Source of the DNA: Mayamaea pseudoterrestris
Taxonomy: Eukaryota
Direction of reading: 5' to 3'
Length of the DNA: 64,000 nucleotides
NCBI GenBank assembly: GCA_027923505.1
Contig: BROI01000002.1
Coordinates: 310,001 to 374,000, forward strand
The translations under genes and the position numbers were made by a program. This document shows positions 22,288-33,207 of this stretch, piece after piece. The notes below the pieces were generated by a model. That model was not told the DNA's origin. It did no database searches and saw only the letters and a list, made by a program, of their open reading frames with translations. Numbering within the stretch: the first letter of the stretch is position 1; every line of letters begins with the position of its first letter.

Positions 22288-24291
22288 TTATCCAGCAACT
22301 TCGTCTTTTTCGTTGAACACGTTTGCACCTTCAACGGGCACATGCAAAAAGGCGCAGCTCCGGGAGCGCAGACAACCTTGCTCATTCAAATGAAAGTCCA
22401 TGCAGTGCTGTGAATGCTCCTTCCTCCATGCCTGCATTTGGGATTCCTTGTCCAACTGCTTCAGACGAGCAACCTCATCAGCCGTTGGAACGGCAGCTCC
22501 AATGTGCAAATAAAAATGTAGGTCAGCTTTGCCTTCTCGTTTCGCCTTGCGCATCATTCGAGCTTCATAGGCCTTGCGCTTTCCCTCCTCGCGCTGCTTG
22601 CGTTCGAGTGCTTCCTTTTCGTTCTGCGCCTTGAGGCGATCGTAAACAAAGGAATCTGGATTCGACTGGTATTCTTGCAGTTTCGCTAGCAGCAGTTCGA
22701 CTTGATCAATCGACTCGCTAGCAATGCATTCCTCCATGAGCTGATATTTCGTCAAGAGTTCCTTGAGCATGCGGCGAATATGAAAGACAACAGTCCGCAT
22801 GCTGGTGGGAAAAACCTCGACAAAGCTCAAGTATTCACGAGCAACGTTAATCTTGTTAGAGGCATTCGCATACAACTCTTTCAAAGTTACATTGTCAGAT
22901 ATAAGCGTCGCTCCAGATGCGATGATATTAGGTTTTTGTTGAATTAGCGCCAGTTCGTCCACGTACTTTTGCTTGTTATGTAATTTTTGCCGCTTCTTTT
23001 CCGAAACGACCTCTTTCCGCTGCAACTTTCGTTCCGTCCTTTCAATCGACTGGACCTTCTCCAGTAACTTTAGTTCCCTCTCACAAGGCGTAACCTTGCT
23101 TTCAGGTGATAATAACGGAGACTCGCGACGGACTTTGCTGAAAGTAATTTCCTTTTTGCCATTGCCTTCCAGTGATCCATATCGCTGCAGAAACAATGTC
23201 GGATCATCCAACAAGCCTTCCGCACTCATAATACCATCCGCTCCAGTCACTTCAAAATTGTCCAATACATGCTGATAATTTTGAACATTTCCATTCGCAA
23301 TGAAACGAACACTCGACGGCAACACTTTTCGAATTTCCGCCACTTGATCCAGCAATGCCGGTCCATCTCGTGCACCCGGCCCCTTGCGATCCCAAGTGGC
23401 CCGATGCCGCGCATGAATGGCAATGAGCGACGCTCCAGCTTCAGCCAATTGTCGACATAGTGTCATGGTCATTTCCAGTGTTTCTAAAAGACGAATCTTG
23501 CAGTAGATTGGAAGTGGTGGCGTGCGTGCTTGACGTCCAGCGGCAACTCCTGCCCGCACAATGCTACAAACCAAGTCGCGATCCGTTTCATCCAACAAGT
23601 AGGACCCAAAGTGGCCCAAGTAGGCGGTTCGCTGTGGACATCCCAGGTTCAAGTCGACGGCGTCGCAGTAGGGAGCCGCCGCCGCGACGGCGTGTGCAAA
23701 CTCGTCGGGCGCGCTGGCACTCACGTGCACCACCAGCGGGCGGTCCAAGCGACACGTCTGAAAGCCGCACTTTGGCAAAGCTACCATGTCTAAATTCTTG
23801 TGGCAGGCATGCTCCTGCATTTCCGCGGCAAATTCCGATGCCGCCATCATTGGCGTGTAGGCCAAGGTCGCTCCGTAGTTGCGACAAAGTAAGCGAAAGG
23901 CAAGCTCGCTGGCTCCCACCATTGGAGCCAAAATGTATTTGCAAGTAATATCAATATCATCGTTCTTGGGTGCTGTTGCTGATGGTTGGCTCTGAGGATC
24001 TGCTTTGGAGGCGTCGCTTGACGAAGTCATCTTGATTGTTCCGTCATGTTCCTGCAAATCTTTGAGTTCGTCTTGCTTCGGTCTCTTTTTCGTGTAAATC
24101 AAGCTTTTACTATCATTGTGACTCCTGTCGTACTTCCTAGCTTTCTTTTCGTTGGCTTGTTTCGCCTCTTTTTCGTGCTGCTGATGCTGCAATTGTTCCA
24201 TAAAGTTGTCATACTGCGACTTGCGCTTGCCATTCGTAGATGCAAACTCATACTTCTTGTTCTTCTTACTGGCCTTGTAGGAGTCTTTCAT
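22288..24291 (-). CDS. DUS1: tRNA-dihydrouridine synthase (DUS1-like) with C-terminal CCCH-type finger
   Basis: LAPMVGASELAFRLL, YTPM, DRPLVV, DLNLGCPQ (catalytic Cys), KIRL, ANGNV, GIMSAEGLLDDP; C-terminal HCMDFHLNEQGCLRSRSCAFLH. Confidence 0.9.
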   Translation of the reverse strand: MKDSYKASKKNKKYEFASTNGKRKSQYDNFMEQLQHQQHEKEAKQANEKKARKYDRSHNDSKSLIYTKKRPKQDELKDLQEHDGTIKMTSSSDASKADPQSQPSATAPKNDDIDITCKYILAPMVGASELAFRLLCRNYGATLAYTPMMAASEFAAEMQEHACHKNLDMVALPKCGFQTCRLDRPLVVHVSASAPDEFAHAVAAAAPYCDAVDLNLGCPQRTAYLGHFGSYLLDETDRDLVCSIVRAGVAAGRQARTPPLPIYCKIRLLETLEMTMTLCRQLAEAGASLIAIHARHRATWDRKGPGARDGPALLDQVAEIRKVLPSSVRFIANGNVQNYQHVLDNFEVTGADGIMSAEGLLDDPTLFLQRYGSLEGNGKKEITFSKVRRESPLLSPESKVTPCERELKLLEKVQSIERTERKLQRKEVVSEKKRQKLHNKQKYVDELALIQQKPNIIASGATLISDNVTLKELYANASNKINVAREYLSFVEVFPTSMRTVVFHIRRMLKELLTKYQLMEECIASESIDQVELLLAKLQEYQSNPDSFVYDRLKAQNEKEALERKQREEGKRKAYEARMMRKAKREGKADLHFYLHIGAAVPTADEVARLKQLDKESQMQAWRKEHSQHCMDFHLNEQGCLRSRSCAFLHVPVEGANVFNEKDEVAG

Positions 24292-24573
24292 GCTTGTGGA
24301 AATGCTCCGGATCAGGAGATGCGTCGGTACTGCATTTGATCCCGGTGAATTGGCATGACAATGGATCCAAATTTGAAACAATTCGTTGGTCGTCGCGAAT
24401 CGATCATAAACGCTACGACATGTTCATACCCGGTCCGACGCAATTTACCCGCGGCGGCGCGCGCAGTCGCAAGGTGCGCATTGCAAATTTCGTCGACCAA
24501 CGTCTAACGGATACAATGCGTGAGCCACCAAAAGCAATGAGGGAGGAGCACTTTCGAAGAAACCTTTGCCACC

Positions 24574-26529
24574 ATGACGAACAAGCTTGTGTTATCAACC
24601 TTGTTGCTGCTTCTATTAGGCGCTACGCTCCATGGTAGCGTATCTGCGCAAACGACGACAAACAATGACGCAAATCTCCGCGGGAAGGGTCCTTCGCGGA
24701 AACTGCAAACCTTTTTCGAACCCTTCAAAGTGAGTCAAACGGAACCACTCGTCACCAAGGCACCAACTCCGTCAAAGGCTCCAACCGTGTACAAGGTGCC
24801 AAAAACAAAGGCTCCCAGTACGTCGCCTCCGTCAAAGTCGCCAGTCGTCAAGGGCAGCGGCGGCAAGGGAAGCAGTAGCAGCAATGCCAAGGATACAGTG
24901 CCTCCAGTGAGCAAGGGCACGCCGTCGCCCAAGGGAGATGAAACAATGTTGGTGGAGGAGTCCATGGCGGCTTCGGGTACTAGTGAAAGCGTTTACTACG
25001 GTACGTTATATTATAAAGTGCATACGGGCCGGAACATGCGCGCACGTTGATGCCTTCCATACTCTCACACATGTTCGCCTTTATCATTAATCGCTCTTGT
25101 AGAACTCTTCAAGGATACCACTGCCAAGTCACTTCCAGTGTCCGCCTTTCTCGTTTCGACAAAGTCATCCTTTACACCCCTTTCGACCGACTTTGAGGAG
25201 CTTGCCAAAGTTGTTCGAACCGTTTTTGAGGATATTTACAAAAACAAGTTTGCCGACTCTGGCGAATTTGACTTTGTCGGAGTCTTTCTTCCGCGATACA
25301 CTGTCGTTGGTCCAACGCTCGTTGACTTTGAAGTGGATGTATACTTTAGCAACAAGAATTCAGTGCCGTCCTTGTTTCAAGTAGAAAGCGTTGCCAAGGA
25401 AGGCTTTCAGCCAAATGCCGACTTTTACAATCTGTTACTCGGAAAAATGAGAGGAATGCAGTCGCGATTTTATTCGCAAGCTGAGACGGTTCAGTATATT
25501 TCCGACATGCAGGATTTGAATGATGCAGTCCTTTCCTTGTCAAACGACAACACATATACGAGCGGTCAGCTAGCATTGATCATTATGCTAACCCTCTTTG
25601 GAGCTTGTCTAATGGCACTCTTTGCCATTTTGTTGTGGAAGAGACGTCGACACCAAAAGCGCACGCACGTTCATGATGACGAGTATACTCAAGTGCAACT
25701 CAAAATGGGCAACAAGAATGATGACTTCATCAAGGAGTCTGCCTCGCATGACACGCGGGCCACTTGCATGTCAGACGGTGACACGCAAATGCCGGCACCT
25801 CGCTCCCCCATGAGCCGATTCACAGTGGCACCAATGAGGCGCAGCCCCCAACCTTTAGTGCCGCCCGTCAAGACGGTGGCGCATGACGGTGATAGCGATG
25901 AAGACGAATTTATGCTAGACGAGAACCTAACGTTTGACGATGTGGCGTTGGAGGACGAGACTGTTGCAGACGCCAAGCAGTGCGTCGGAGAGATTCGAAA
26001 GAGCGCCTATGTGAATGATCGCATGGTGACAAACACGACGCAACCTCGAACGGATGCATTAAAGCACGTCGGAGAGCTCAGCAAGCAGTCAGAAACATCG
26101 AATGAAGCGTTGGTCGAGCCACAGCATGAGCCGACCGAGTTACAAAAGCAAGTAGCTGTGGCGAAGAATCGCATCGCAGAAATAAACAAGAGCAAGTACA
26201 AGAACAAGGTAACGCGGTCAGTTCCAGTCAATCCAACATATCCTGGATCACCAAAACCCTGGCATACTGGTGGTTTACACCCCGTGCCAGAAAGTCCAGA
26301 GTCGCCCTATAATGCCAGCCCATTCGATCCGCCCCAACGAATCTTTCAAGCGAGTACTCCAGTTTCGAGCAAACCAACAGCAAAGGCAAGTAAACCAATT
26401 CAAAATGCTGCAATTGCTGACGATGACAATGCCTCAGTGTACACCATCGATAGTCAATCAAGCGCTACACCCGAGTTTTTGAAAAAGTTCAAGCAAATGG
26501 GCCTGAAGCGGCCCAAGGGTGAGACGTAA
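24574..26529 (+). CDS. Type I single-pass membrane protein with LRG/RKLQ propeptide and Lys/Pro/Ser-rich lumenal segment; 2 exons
   Basis: Signal peptide, NLRGKGPSRKLQ, KAP/KSP/KGSGGKGS repeats; intron 25001-25102 keeps the frame; TM LALIIMLTLFGACLMALFAILLW followed by KRRR; disordered tail. Confidence 0.75.
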
Positions 26530-26674
26530 AGTCCTGGCGCGACAAAATTGCAGTGAATATAAGTCTTTTAGTTCTAGCTGCCGAATACAGGCATTTATGA
26601 AATCCTATGTTTCTCATACGAATAGGTAACGTGCGAGAGTATATTGTTTTCGTCCACAGCGCAATGTAGCTGTC

Positions 26675-29600
26675 TCACTCGCAAACCAAAAGGTCGCCTT
26701 CTTCCAACCACGCGGCCCCCTCTGGATCTTTTAAATTAGCATTAATACGAAGGAAAATGCCAAAGGTAATCTGTCCTTTTCGTCGTCGACGACTTTCGGC
26801 CATGGCACGGAGCGTGTTCCCTTTCATGCCGCTCGTCGGGTCAATGTCCACCATACTGCATCGCGCACACGGGCCGACCACTTCAAATCCAAGTTGCTTT
26901 GCTGGTAGGAGCACTTTTGTCCAATGGTCTTCGTGATCAGTATCATCGCTTAAAGGCATGCAACGAGTCACAAAATTAGGGCGAAAGTGGCGAGAGCTAA
27001 CTAATCGCTTATGCTGAGTCGTCAGCACAGAGTTTAGTCGATTGACTGCATGCTCGGAAATAAGTAGTAGTGGCTGTTCATTCGCAAAAGCAATGTTAGA
27101 GCTTCTTCCATTATTACTTGGCTTAACGCTTGGGCTCATTATGTCGCCCATATGACGGGCCAACCAGCAACGAACGCCAAGATAGTCGCTGAACCAGTTG
27201 GATATACTTGCGTCGCCCCAAACTGCTCCACCGCACATGTTGCCGCAAACTTTCACTGGTGAATCGTAAGGTTGATGACTGTTTGACGAGGCACCAGTCA
27301 AGTGTATGACAAGGTCGACGCATCCAGGTGCTGAGACTCGCATAGTCCAAGATTCAATATCGATGGAAGGCTTAATAAAGGCCATGTTTGGATAAGGTGG
27401 CAATCTCATTGCGTTGCCGGAACAATCCACCAATGTAAACTCTCGATCGAACAACAGTCTTCCGCCAGATAGCATTCGCCATCGCTTGACGCGTTGAGCG
27501 GCGCAGCTCTTTATGGGAAAGACATAAAGCTCGCGGACAATCACATGCTGAGGTCGGCCATCCCAAACTGAGAATTCGACTCGACTTTCTTGGCTTGCAA
27601 ACATTCGCGTGACAAAGGCCACAAATTCATCAAGATCTTCCCAAAGACTATCTTTTCCAAAGCTCGCACGCACGGCACCCGTGGGTCTGTTGTCAATAAT
27701 ATCAATTTGGTCACCACAAATGTGGCCAGCCAGTTCAAAATTGTGCCGCAAGTCAGCCGACGACATATGCAGCGCCGCCTGGCAAGCGCCGGGATTACAA
27801 AAACACCCAGTTCGTAATTGAATCGGCGGCTGATTGAGAGCCGCAAGTTTCGACACCTCATTGTAACCAACGTAAGATCCATCATGGCGCATAACGTTGA
27901 ATGCAATTGTCGGCCCGGGTGCCTCGTGCACTGCATCGCAAATTTCATCGTAGCCATTCCAATCACCATAAAGCACTATGACTCGCTTTCCATTTTCATG
28001 ACGTAATGACTTTAGACAACGGACAAGTTCCTTCGCCAAACACAATGTATGTCGTCGTACGGATTCCATACCTCCAAGCGAATCAAGCTCGTCAAAGCCA
28101 TGCACCAGCGAGCAAATTCCCCGATAATGACAAGTTCCTTGGACAAGACTAGCCATCAACGATGGCTCATTCCGTAGAACAGCGTAGTCGTCGGATGGAA
28201 TGGCAATATCAACAGATCCTCCTCCAAAGTAGCGACGAACTTGTCCAAGCTCGGTGCTGGCAGTGTCCTCACCAACCACTGTTTCCACTGCCGTCTGCTT
28301 GACCAACAAACATCCAACTCCTGTCGGCTCGCCAAACAGTTTGTAAAAGGAAACGCATGCTAAATCAGCATCGAGCTGACGCAAATTCACTGGCCCGGTG
28401 CTGGCCGCCTTGGCAATGTCCATGAGAATCGTCACGCAGTGGCCGTCAATGGAGAGCGCGCGTAAATTTGCGACAGTGTTGGCAATGTCAACCAATCTAT
28501 CTCCGCCAAAGTTGCACTCTGGCGTTAGAACGACAAGATGATGAACCGTTTGGTGACAACATTCACAGTCCATGCCGTCACGACTAGTATCGCTCCGTCG
28601 CTGTTGCTGCTGACTATGAATCAATGTTCGAAGCGTATCAACGTAGCACTGTCCTTGATTCAAACAAACAAAGTCTGCTCCCTGCGCTAACGCTGGTCCA
28701 CGCATGCCAATGACAGACGTATGAGCATTGTGCGGATACACCAACAGCGACTTTTGTCTCACATGATGCAAATTGTTTTCGTCGCTGCTGCTACATTTCT
28801 GGCAGGCACGAAACCACGGAAACCGCTCGGCCACAATTCTCAATGCTTCCGTCGCTCCCGACGTAAAGAGGACTTGGTAGCCAGGATGGTGCAGTTGTTG
28901 CTGCTGCTGCCGCTGCTGCTGTGATTCGCCAGTGCATGTTGATTGCTGCGACGCGTCCGCGTTCCATGCCAACGGACCATTCACTTGCTCTCCGCCGCCA
29001 TGAAAATGACGCAGCACTCGCTTGGTGGAAGTTTCCATGAGTCGCAACGTCGTGGCCGCGGCCGGTCCACTGGAGTGCGGATTGGCAAGGATTGCCAGCG
29101 AATCGTCACTAAATATAGCTTGGCGGAGCTTTCGACTGGCCAAGGCTGCACCAGCATAGTCCAAGTAGACGAGTCGATCAAAGTCATCATCAATATTGTG
29201 TAATGGCTCACTACGACATGGACTCATTGGCTGTGACTCGCCACCCTCTGCTGCTGGCAATGGTGCAATGAGGCCCGGAAACTCGCTACTTCGCCACGCG
29301 TCAATGAACCCACAAGCCGAATTTGCGTAACCATAGTCGATGCCAGCGCGCTGCAAAAAGTCGCGCTTGCGTTGCAGCTGTTGTTGCAGCTGCTCGTTGG
29401 TCGTTTGATCATGCTCATTTTTTGATTCATGGTCTTGGCAAATGGCAGTGCTGCTGCTGCTTCGTCGCCGGCGACGACGAAGCAAAACAACAGACGCAAA
29501 AACAACCACGAGTATGACAAGCAAGAGCTCGAGCTTTATATAAGAACCAAATGAGAATTTTTCAAATTGAGTCAGCCATTTACCACAGAATGAGCCGTCG

Positions 29601-29725
29601 TCAATCATTCGTTTCGTTTGGCGGCAAAAACAATGAGCTGCATCAAGGCTTGCAGCTTTTGTATGTCTACTGTCATCAACAATTTGATCAGCTGCACAGA
29701 AATTTTCATCGTCATTGATGTTCAT
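26675..29725 (-). CDS. MOCOS: Molybdenum cofactor sulfurase (NifS-like PLP domain plus MOSC_N/MOSC)
   Basis: VYLDYAGA, ANPHS, FTSGATEAL, HTSVIGMR, SFYKLFG (PLP Lys), RTGCFCNPGAC, LYVFPIKSCAA, FANE, FRPN, PCARCSMV. Start uncertain (first ATG 29725). Confidence 0.93.
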   Translation of the reverse strand: MNINDDENFCAADQIVDDSRHTKAASLDAAHCFCRQTKRMIDDGSFCGKWLTQFEKFSFGSYIKLELLLVILVVVFASVVLLRRRRRRSSSSTAICQDHESKNEHDQTTNEQLQQQLQRKRDFLQRAGIDYGYANSACGFIDAWRSSEFPGLIAPLPAAEGGESQPMSPCRSEPLHNIDDDFDRLVYLDYAGAALASRKLRQAIFSDDSLAILANPHSSGPAAATTLRLMETSTKRVLRHFHGGGEQVNGPLAWNADASQQSTCTGESQQQRQQQQQLHHPGYQVLFTSGATEALRIVAERFPWFRACQKCSSSDENNLHHVRQKSLLVYPHNAHTSVIGMRGPALAQGADFVCLNQGQCYVDTLRTLIHSQQQQRRSDTSRDGMDCECCHQTVHHLVVLTPECNFGGDRLVDIANTVANLRALSIDGHCVTILMDIAKAASTGPVNLRQLDADLACVSFYKLFGEPTGVGCLLVKQTAVETVVGEDTASTELGQVRRYFGGGSVDIAIPSDDYAVLRNEPSLMASLVQGTCHYRGICSLVHGFDELDSLGGMESVRRHTLCLAKELVRCLKSLRHENGKRVIVLYGDWNGYDEICDAVHEAPGPTIAFNVMRHDGSYVGYNEVSKLAALNQPPIQLRTGCFCNPGACQAALHMSSADLRHNFELAGHICGDQIDIIDNRPTGAVRASFGKDSLWEDLDEFVAFVTRMFASQESRVEFSVWDGRPQHVIVRELYVFPIKSCAAQRVKRWRMLSGGRLLFDREFTLVDCSGNAMRLPPYPNMAFIKPSIDIESWTMRVSAPGCVDLVIHLTGASSNSHQPYDSPVKVCGNMCGGAVWGDASISNWFSDYLGVRCWLARHMGDIMSPSVKPSNNGRSSNIAFANEQPLLLISEHAVNRLNSVLTTQHKRLVSSRHFRPNFVTRCMPLSDDTDHEDHWTKVLLPAKQLGFEVVGPCARCSMVDIDPTSGMKGNTLRAMAESRRRRKGQITFGIFLRINANLKDPEGAAWLEEGDLLVCE

Positions 29726-29829
29726 CTCGCCTGTCCAACTGCAGCAAAGTAAATGTTTCTTTTTCGATCGCTCAATATATTTTGAAATTCGACTCACAGT
29801 CAATGCGATGACATGCAAATGTATTGATC

Positions 29830-30040
29830 GCTGCTCCTTCAAATGCTTTTCTCAAGTACTTCACGATCAAGTCTGTGGTTCGCTCATATATTGATTAAAG
29901 ATTTCTTGTTATATATAGACAAGCTAGTAAATCAAAAGAGTGGCATTTGGTCGTGCCGAGCGGATGATGGATGATGATGGATGCACTTTGCGTTGTCGAT
30001 CATGTCTTAGCGGTTATGGATCGAGCATCGTAGCGGTTTA
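29830..30040 (+). repeat. Degenerate dispersed direct repeat, copy 1 (copy 2 at 32813-32979)
   Basis: Shared blocks in the same order: GCTGCTCCT.CAAATGCTTTT, TCAAGTCT, AAAAGAGTGGCA.TTGGTCGTGC, TAGCGGTTATGGAT, TCGTAGCGGTTTA. Confidence 0.75.
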
Positions 30041-30514
30041 CGGCGAAAGATTCCGAGCAGGCCGGCATTTCGGTTTGGTAACAGCCTTTTAGCATGGGAC
30101 GACCTTCCGTCACCATTACGAAAGCGGATGCATGGTTTACTATAGCCCTTGATCATGCCCGTGCTGGACAATTCTGTCGACGCCAGTTTTGGTCGTGTCC
30201 GGCGTCGATTGTTGCCGCTCGTCGCGATGATGTTGGGAGGCATGTGGCAGGCAACGTTGTTCCCAGTTGCTCCTCGGAATGGTTTGTCCGGATGATAAGG
30301 CCTACTTAGAATACTATCATGAAAAGAGTAGTTTTTCGTCGGACTTTTTGTGATTGACATTTTTATAAAGAGTCATGCAAGATTCACACTGGCTCGTTGA
30401 CTCGTGGTAAAATCCTGCTGGCCTCCGGCTCGTCGCGCAGAATTTTGGATTGACTGACACAATATTCAAGGCTCTTGCTGCGAAAGCAGAAGTCCAAGAT
30501 TCAGTTGGAAAATC

Positions 30515-31219
30515 ATGATGGACATGAACTACCGAGCTGTTATGCTCATGAACCAAGGCGCTTACACTGACTCCTTCCATTTGCTCCATTCTAGCTTGCA
30601 TCAACTCAAAACCAAGGTGGACATGGATGTCATTTCGTCGTCAACCGACAACGTGATGACGGATGAATCCGAGGAAATGATCCAGCCTATAGCAGTCAAG
30701 TACTCGGCTCATGCCGAGAGAGTCACAAACAATGCATTTTCCTTCTACTCGTCAGCTTTCGTGTTTGCGGGTTCAAAAGCAGAGCTCGCCACTACGAGTT
30801 TGAATGAGATTCGAGTAGCAGCCGTCATCTTGTACAATCTGGCGCTCTGCTTTCACGTTCATGGCATCAGTCGAGCGGCGTCAGAATCGTACTTTTCCAA
30901 GGCTTTGCAGCTGTACCAAACGGCCCTTGGTTTACTGGAGGAAATGGCGTCTGTCTCGCAAACTCTTGTCGACAAGGATTCGCTGCTCATGCTGGCCCTC
31001 TACAATAACATTGGGCACATTTATTCATGCGACCACAAGACTGCGGAGACTCAAGCTTGCCTCGACATCATTCAAAGCATTTTAGCCAAGAATAGCACTC
31101 TAGAGGGCAGCAATGACGATTGGTACAAGGCAAACACGTTGCGTGAAAGCCAGTATTTGGAATTTCACCTCAATGTCGTCATTCTTCATGGGACGAGGCG
31201 TCATCCTCCAGCCGCTTAG
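30515..31219 (+). CDS. TPR-like helical protein (expanded diatom-type family)
   Basis: AAVILYNLALCFH...KALQLYQTA...LALYNNIGHIY helical repeats; N-terminal MNYRAVMLMNQG; ends in PAA. Confidence 0.7.
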   Translation: MMDMNYRAVMLMNQGAYTDSFHLLHSSLHQLKTKVDMDVISSSTDNVMTDESEEMIQPIAVKYSAHAERVTNNAFSFYSSAFVFAGSKAELATTSLNEIRVAAVILYNLALCFHVHGISRAASESYFSKALQLYQTALGLLEEMASVSQTLVDKDSLLMLALYNNIGHIYSCDHKTAETQACLDIIQSILAKNSTLEGSNDDWYKANTLRESQYLEFHLNVVILHGTRRHPPAA

Positions 31220-31675
31220 TGGAAGGTTGCTGCACCACAATTTTGATGAACACTTTGATCAAGTTCAGACTTAAATAATGCAGACATTAGACTGTAAGTT
31301 TTGATTCATAGCTTACGATACGTTTAGATATGGTACGGATATATTTGTCCAGCCATCGCCATACTTAAATCCAGCAGCAACAGAATGCCACTAAACGTGG
31401 TATAAGCTACTACTCTCCAATATACCATGGACTCACATTATTGCACTAACATCATATGTCATCTCGCTGGGCTTTTTACTTCTTTCGCTGGTACGGTCCC
31501 GCCTCACGCACTTTGGCCACGACCTTGGCTGCATTTTGCGCAATCTAGTCCCTATTTCCTTCCGCCACAGCGGTTGGGTCAAACAATAGCGTCACCAAGC
31601 CAACTGAAGCGGCTCCCATTTTCAAAAAGTCACCTGCATCGTCCAAGTCAACGCCCAAAGTTGGGTTTATGGCCT

Positions 31676-32760
31676 GGAGCGTCCGGAACTTCTTCTTTTT
31701 GAATAAAATGTCGTAGCGGTACTCAAAAAGCCGTTCAATAATTTGGCGATCCGTTGAAAGTCTTGCCGGCGCGCCGCGCCAGCCGGCCCGGTGCTGCGGG
31801 CTTAAGCGGGCCGCTGCTAACAGCGGGCTGCTTAAGCGTGCCGCTGATAACAGCGGGCTGCTTAAAGCATGCCGCTGTTATCAGCGGCACGCTGTTAGCA
31901 GCTGTTTCTCCAATAAGCGGCCCGCTTTTTGCAAAATGAAATCCCGTGTAGTACACTAAAGACCATACTAACGCACCTACTTAATATCCCGGTGCGACCG
32001 TGTGGTGTGCTGCCATCTGCCATGACGAGGATCAAATGAACCTTGATCCCGCAATGTAGACAGTATATAATGAACATGAATCACTCTTTAATATAAAACA
32101 TGTTTCTAAAATGTAAAAATTTACGTGCCGGGACCTGCCCGGCAGCTTTCAAGCCATTATTCAACGTTTGTGGCGTTGCGCCTTCCTTCGTTTCAGCCAG
32201 TAGACTGCCATCAAGAAAAGCTCCACACGCGCTTTGGCTGGATCAATTCGAGCCTTTGGAAGGTTGCTTGTCACCAAGTCTCTCCAAATGCTTGCTTACA
32301 CGACAGGCATCGATACAAAATGTGCTTTGAAACGCTCCGCTTGATTGCCTCGCTTGTTCGTTCCTGCTGCTGCCGACTCATTCCAATCAACTCCAGCCCT
32401 TTATAACACATTGAGTCGGCATTAAAGAGACCATTCATGGTAATAGTAGAACAGATCTTTGAAGGTTGCAATCGTATGATTCATGATGGCAACAGCGCGC
32501 CGCTGATTGGAACAAGTGGCGCGATTCAGCAGCCCGCTGCTAGTAGCGGCCCGCTGTTAGCAGCACGCTGATAACAGCGGCTCGCTAAAGCAGCCCGCTG
32601 ATAAAAGCGGGTCGCTTAAGTAAGTTGAAAAGCAGCCGTTGCGCGCGTGCATAGCCAGGATATGCGCGCGCGCATTAAATCGCCAAAATTATTTAGCGGG
32701 AATGAAAATGTGTACCGGTACGACAAATTTTTAAGAAAAAGCGCTGTTTCCGGACGCTCC
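31676..32760 (-). mobile_element. Non-autonomous TIR DNA transposon (internal deletion derivative), probably PIF/Harbinger/ISL2EU-related
   Basis: Perfect 13-bp terminal inverted repeat GGAGCGTCCGGAA...TTCCGGACGCTCC, with imperfect inversion extending ~75 bp. Arrays of CCGCTG-N4-CAGCGG palindromes at both ends. Decayed transposase-like frame inside. No TSD found. Confidence 0.8.
32185..32438 (-). pseudogene. Fragment of a transposase N-terminus with a frameshift and a stop
   Basis: MNGLFNADSMCYKGLELIGMSRQQQERTSEAIKR /frameshift/ ERFKAHFVSMPVV*ASIWRDLVTSNLPKARIDPAKARVELFLMAVYWLKR. From memory this resembles the N-terminus of diatom DDE_Tnp_4-type transposases; not searched. Confidence 0.65.
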
Positions 32761-32812
32761 TGAAGGGAAGAGCCGCGCTGACTGCCTTGGCCCACATTGG
32801 ACCTCCATGGTT

Positions 32813-32979
32813 GCTGCTCCTGCAAATGCTTTTCGCAAGTGACATTCATTCAAGTCTCTGTTTCGATCATGTAAATTAATTAAAAGAGTGGCAGTTGGTC
32901 GTGCTGAATTGAATCGGGATGACGTTGGGCTGTCGTGTACATGCCCTAGCGGTTATGGATTGGCTGTCGTAGCGGTTTA
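32813..32979 (+). repeat. Degenerate dispersed direct repeat, copy 2 (copy 1 at 29830-30040)
   Basis: Same collinear blocks as copy 1, with internal deletions. Confidence 0.75.
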
Positions 32980-33207
32980 GATAAGCTTCCCGCGAGCGTA
33001 TTCATATTACTTGATGTTTTCCCTCCACCTCAAGATAACTATTTCAAGCAAATCTAAGAAAAATTGCAGACGCAACTGCTTGATATAGTGTGTAAACATG
33101 TATGTGGAAGCGATATGCACTGGGTAGTGCCTTAGTGATATAAAACGGGGCGCATGGAGCATGTGCTCAGCAAGCGACCAACAATCGCAATGTCTGTACA
33201 TCATTCC

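Noticed and set aside
30060..30130. 14-bp match CATGGGACGACCTT to the sulfotransferase-like gene (EGRPMLKGC vs QGRPMLQGC)
   Set aside because: Similarity does not extend on either side, so it is probably chance.
31790..31930. Palindromic repeat array resembling CRISPR or REP repeats
   Set aside because: No unique spacers or cas genes, the context is eukaryotic, and the array is mirrored at 32490-32620 as transposon subterminal repeats.
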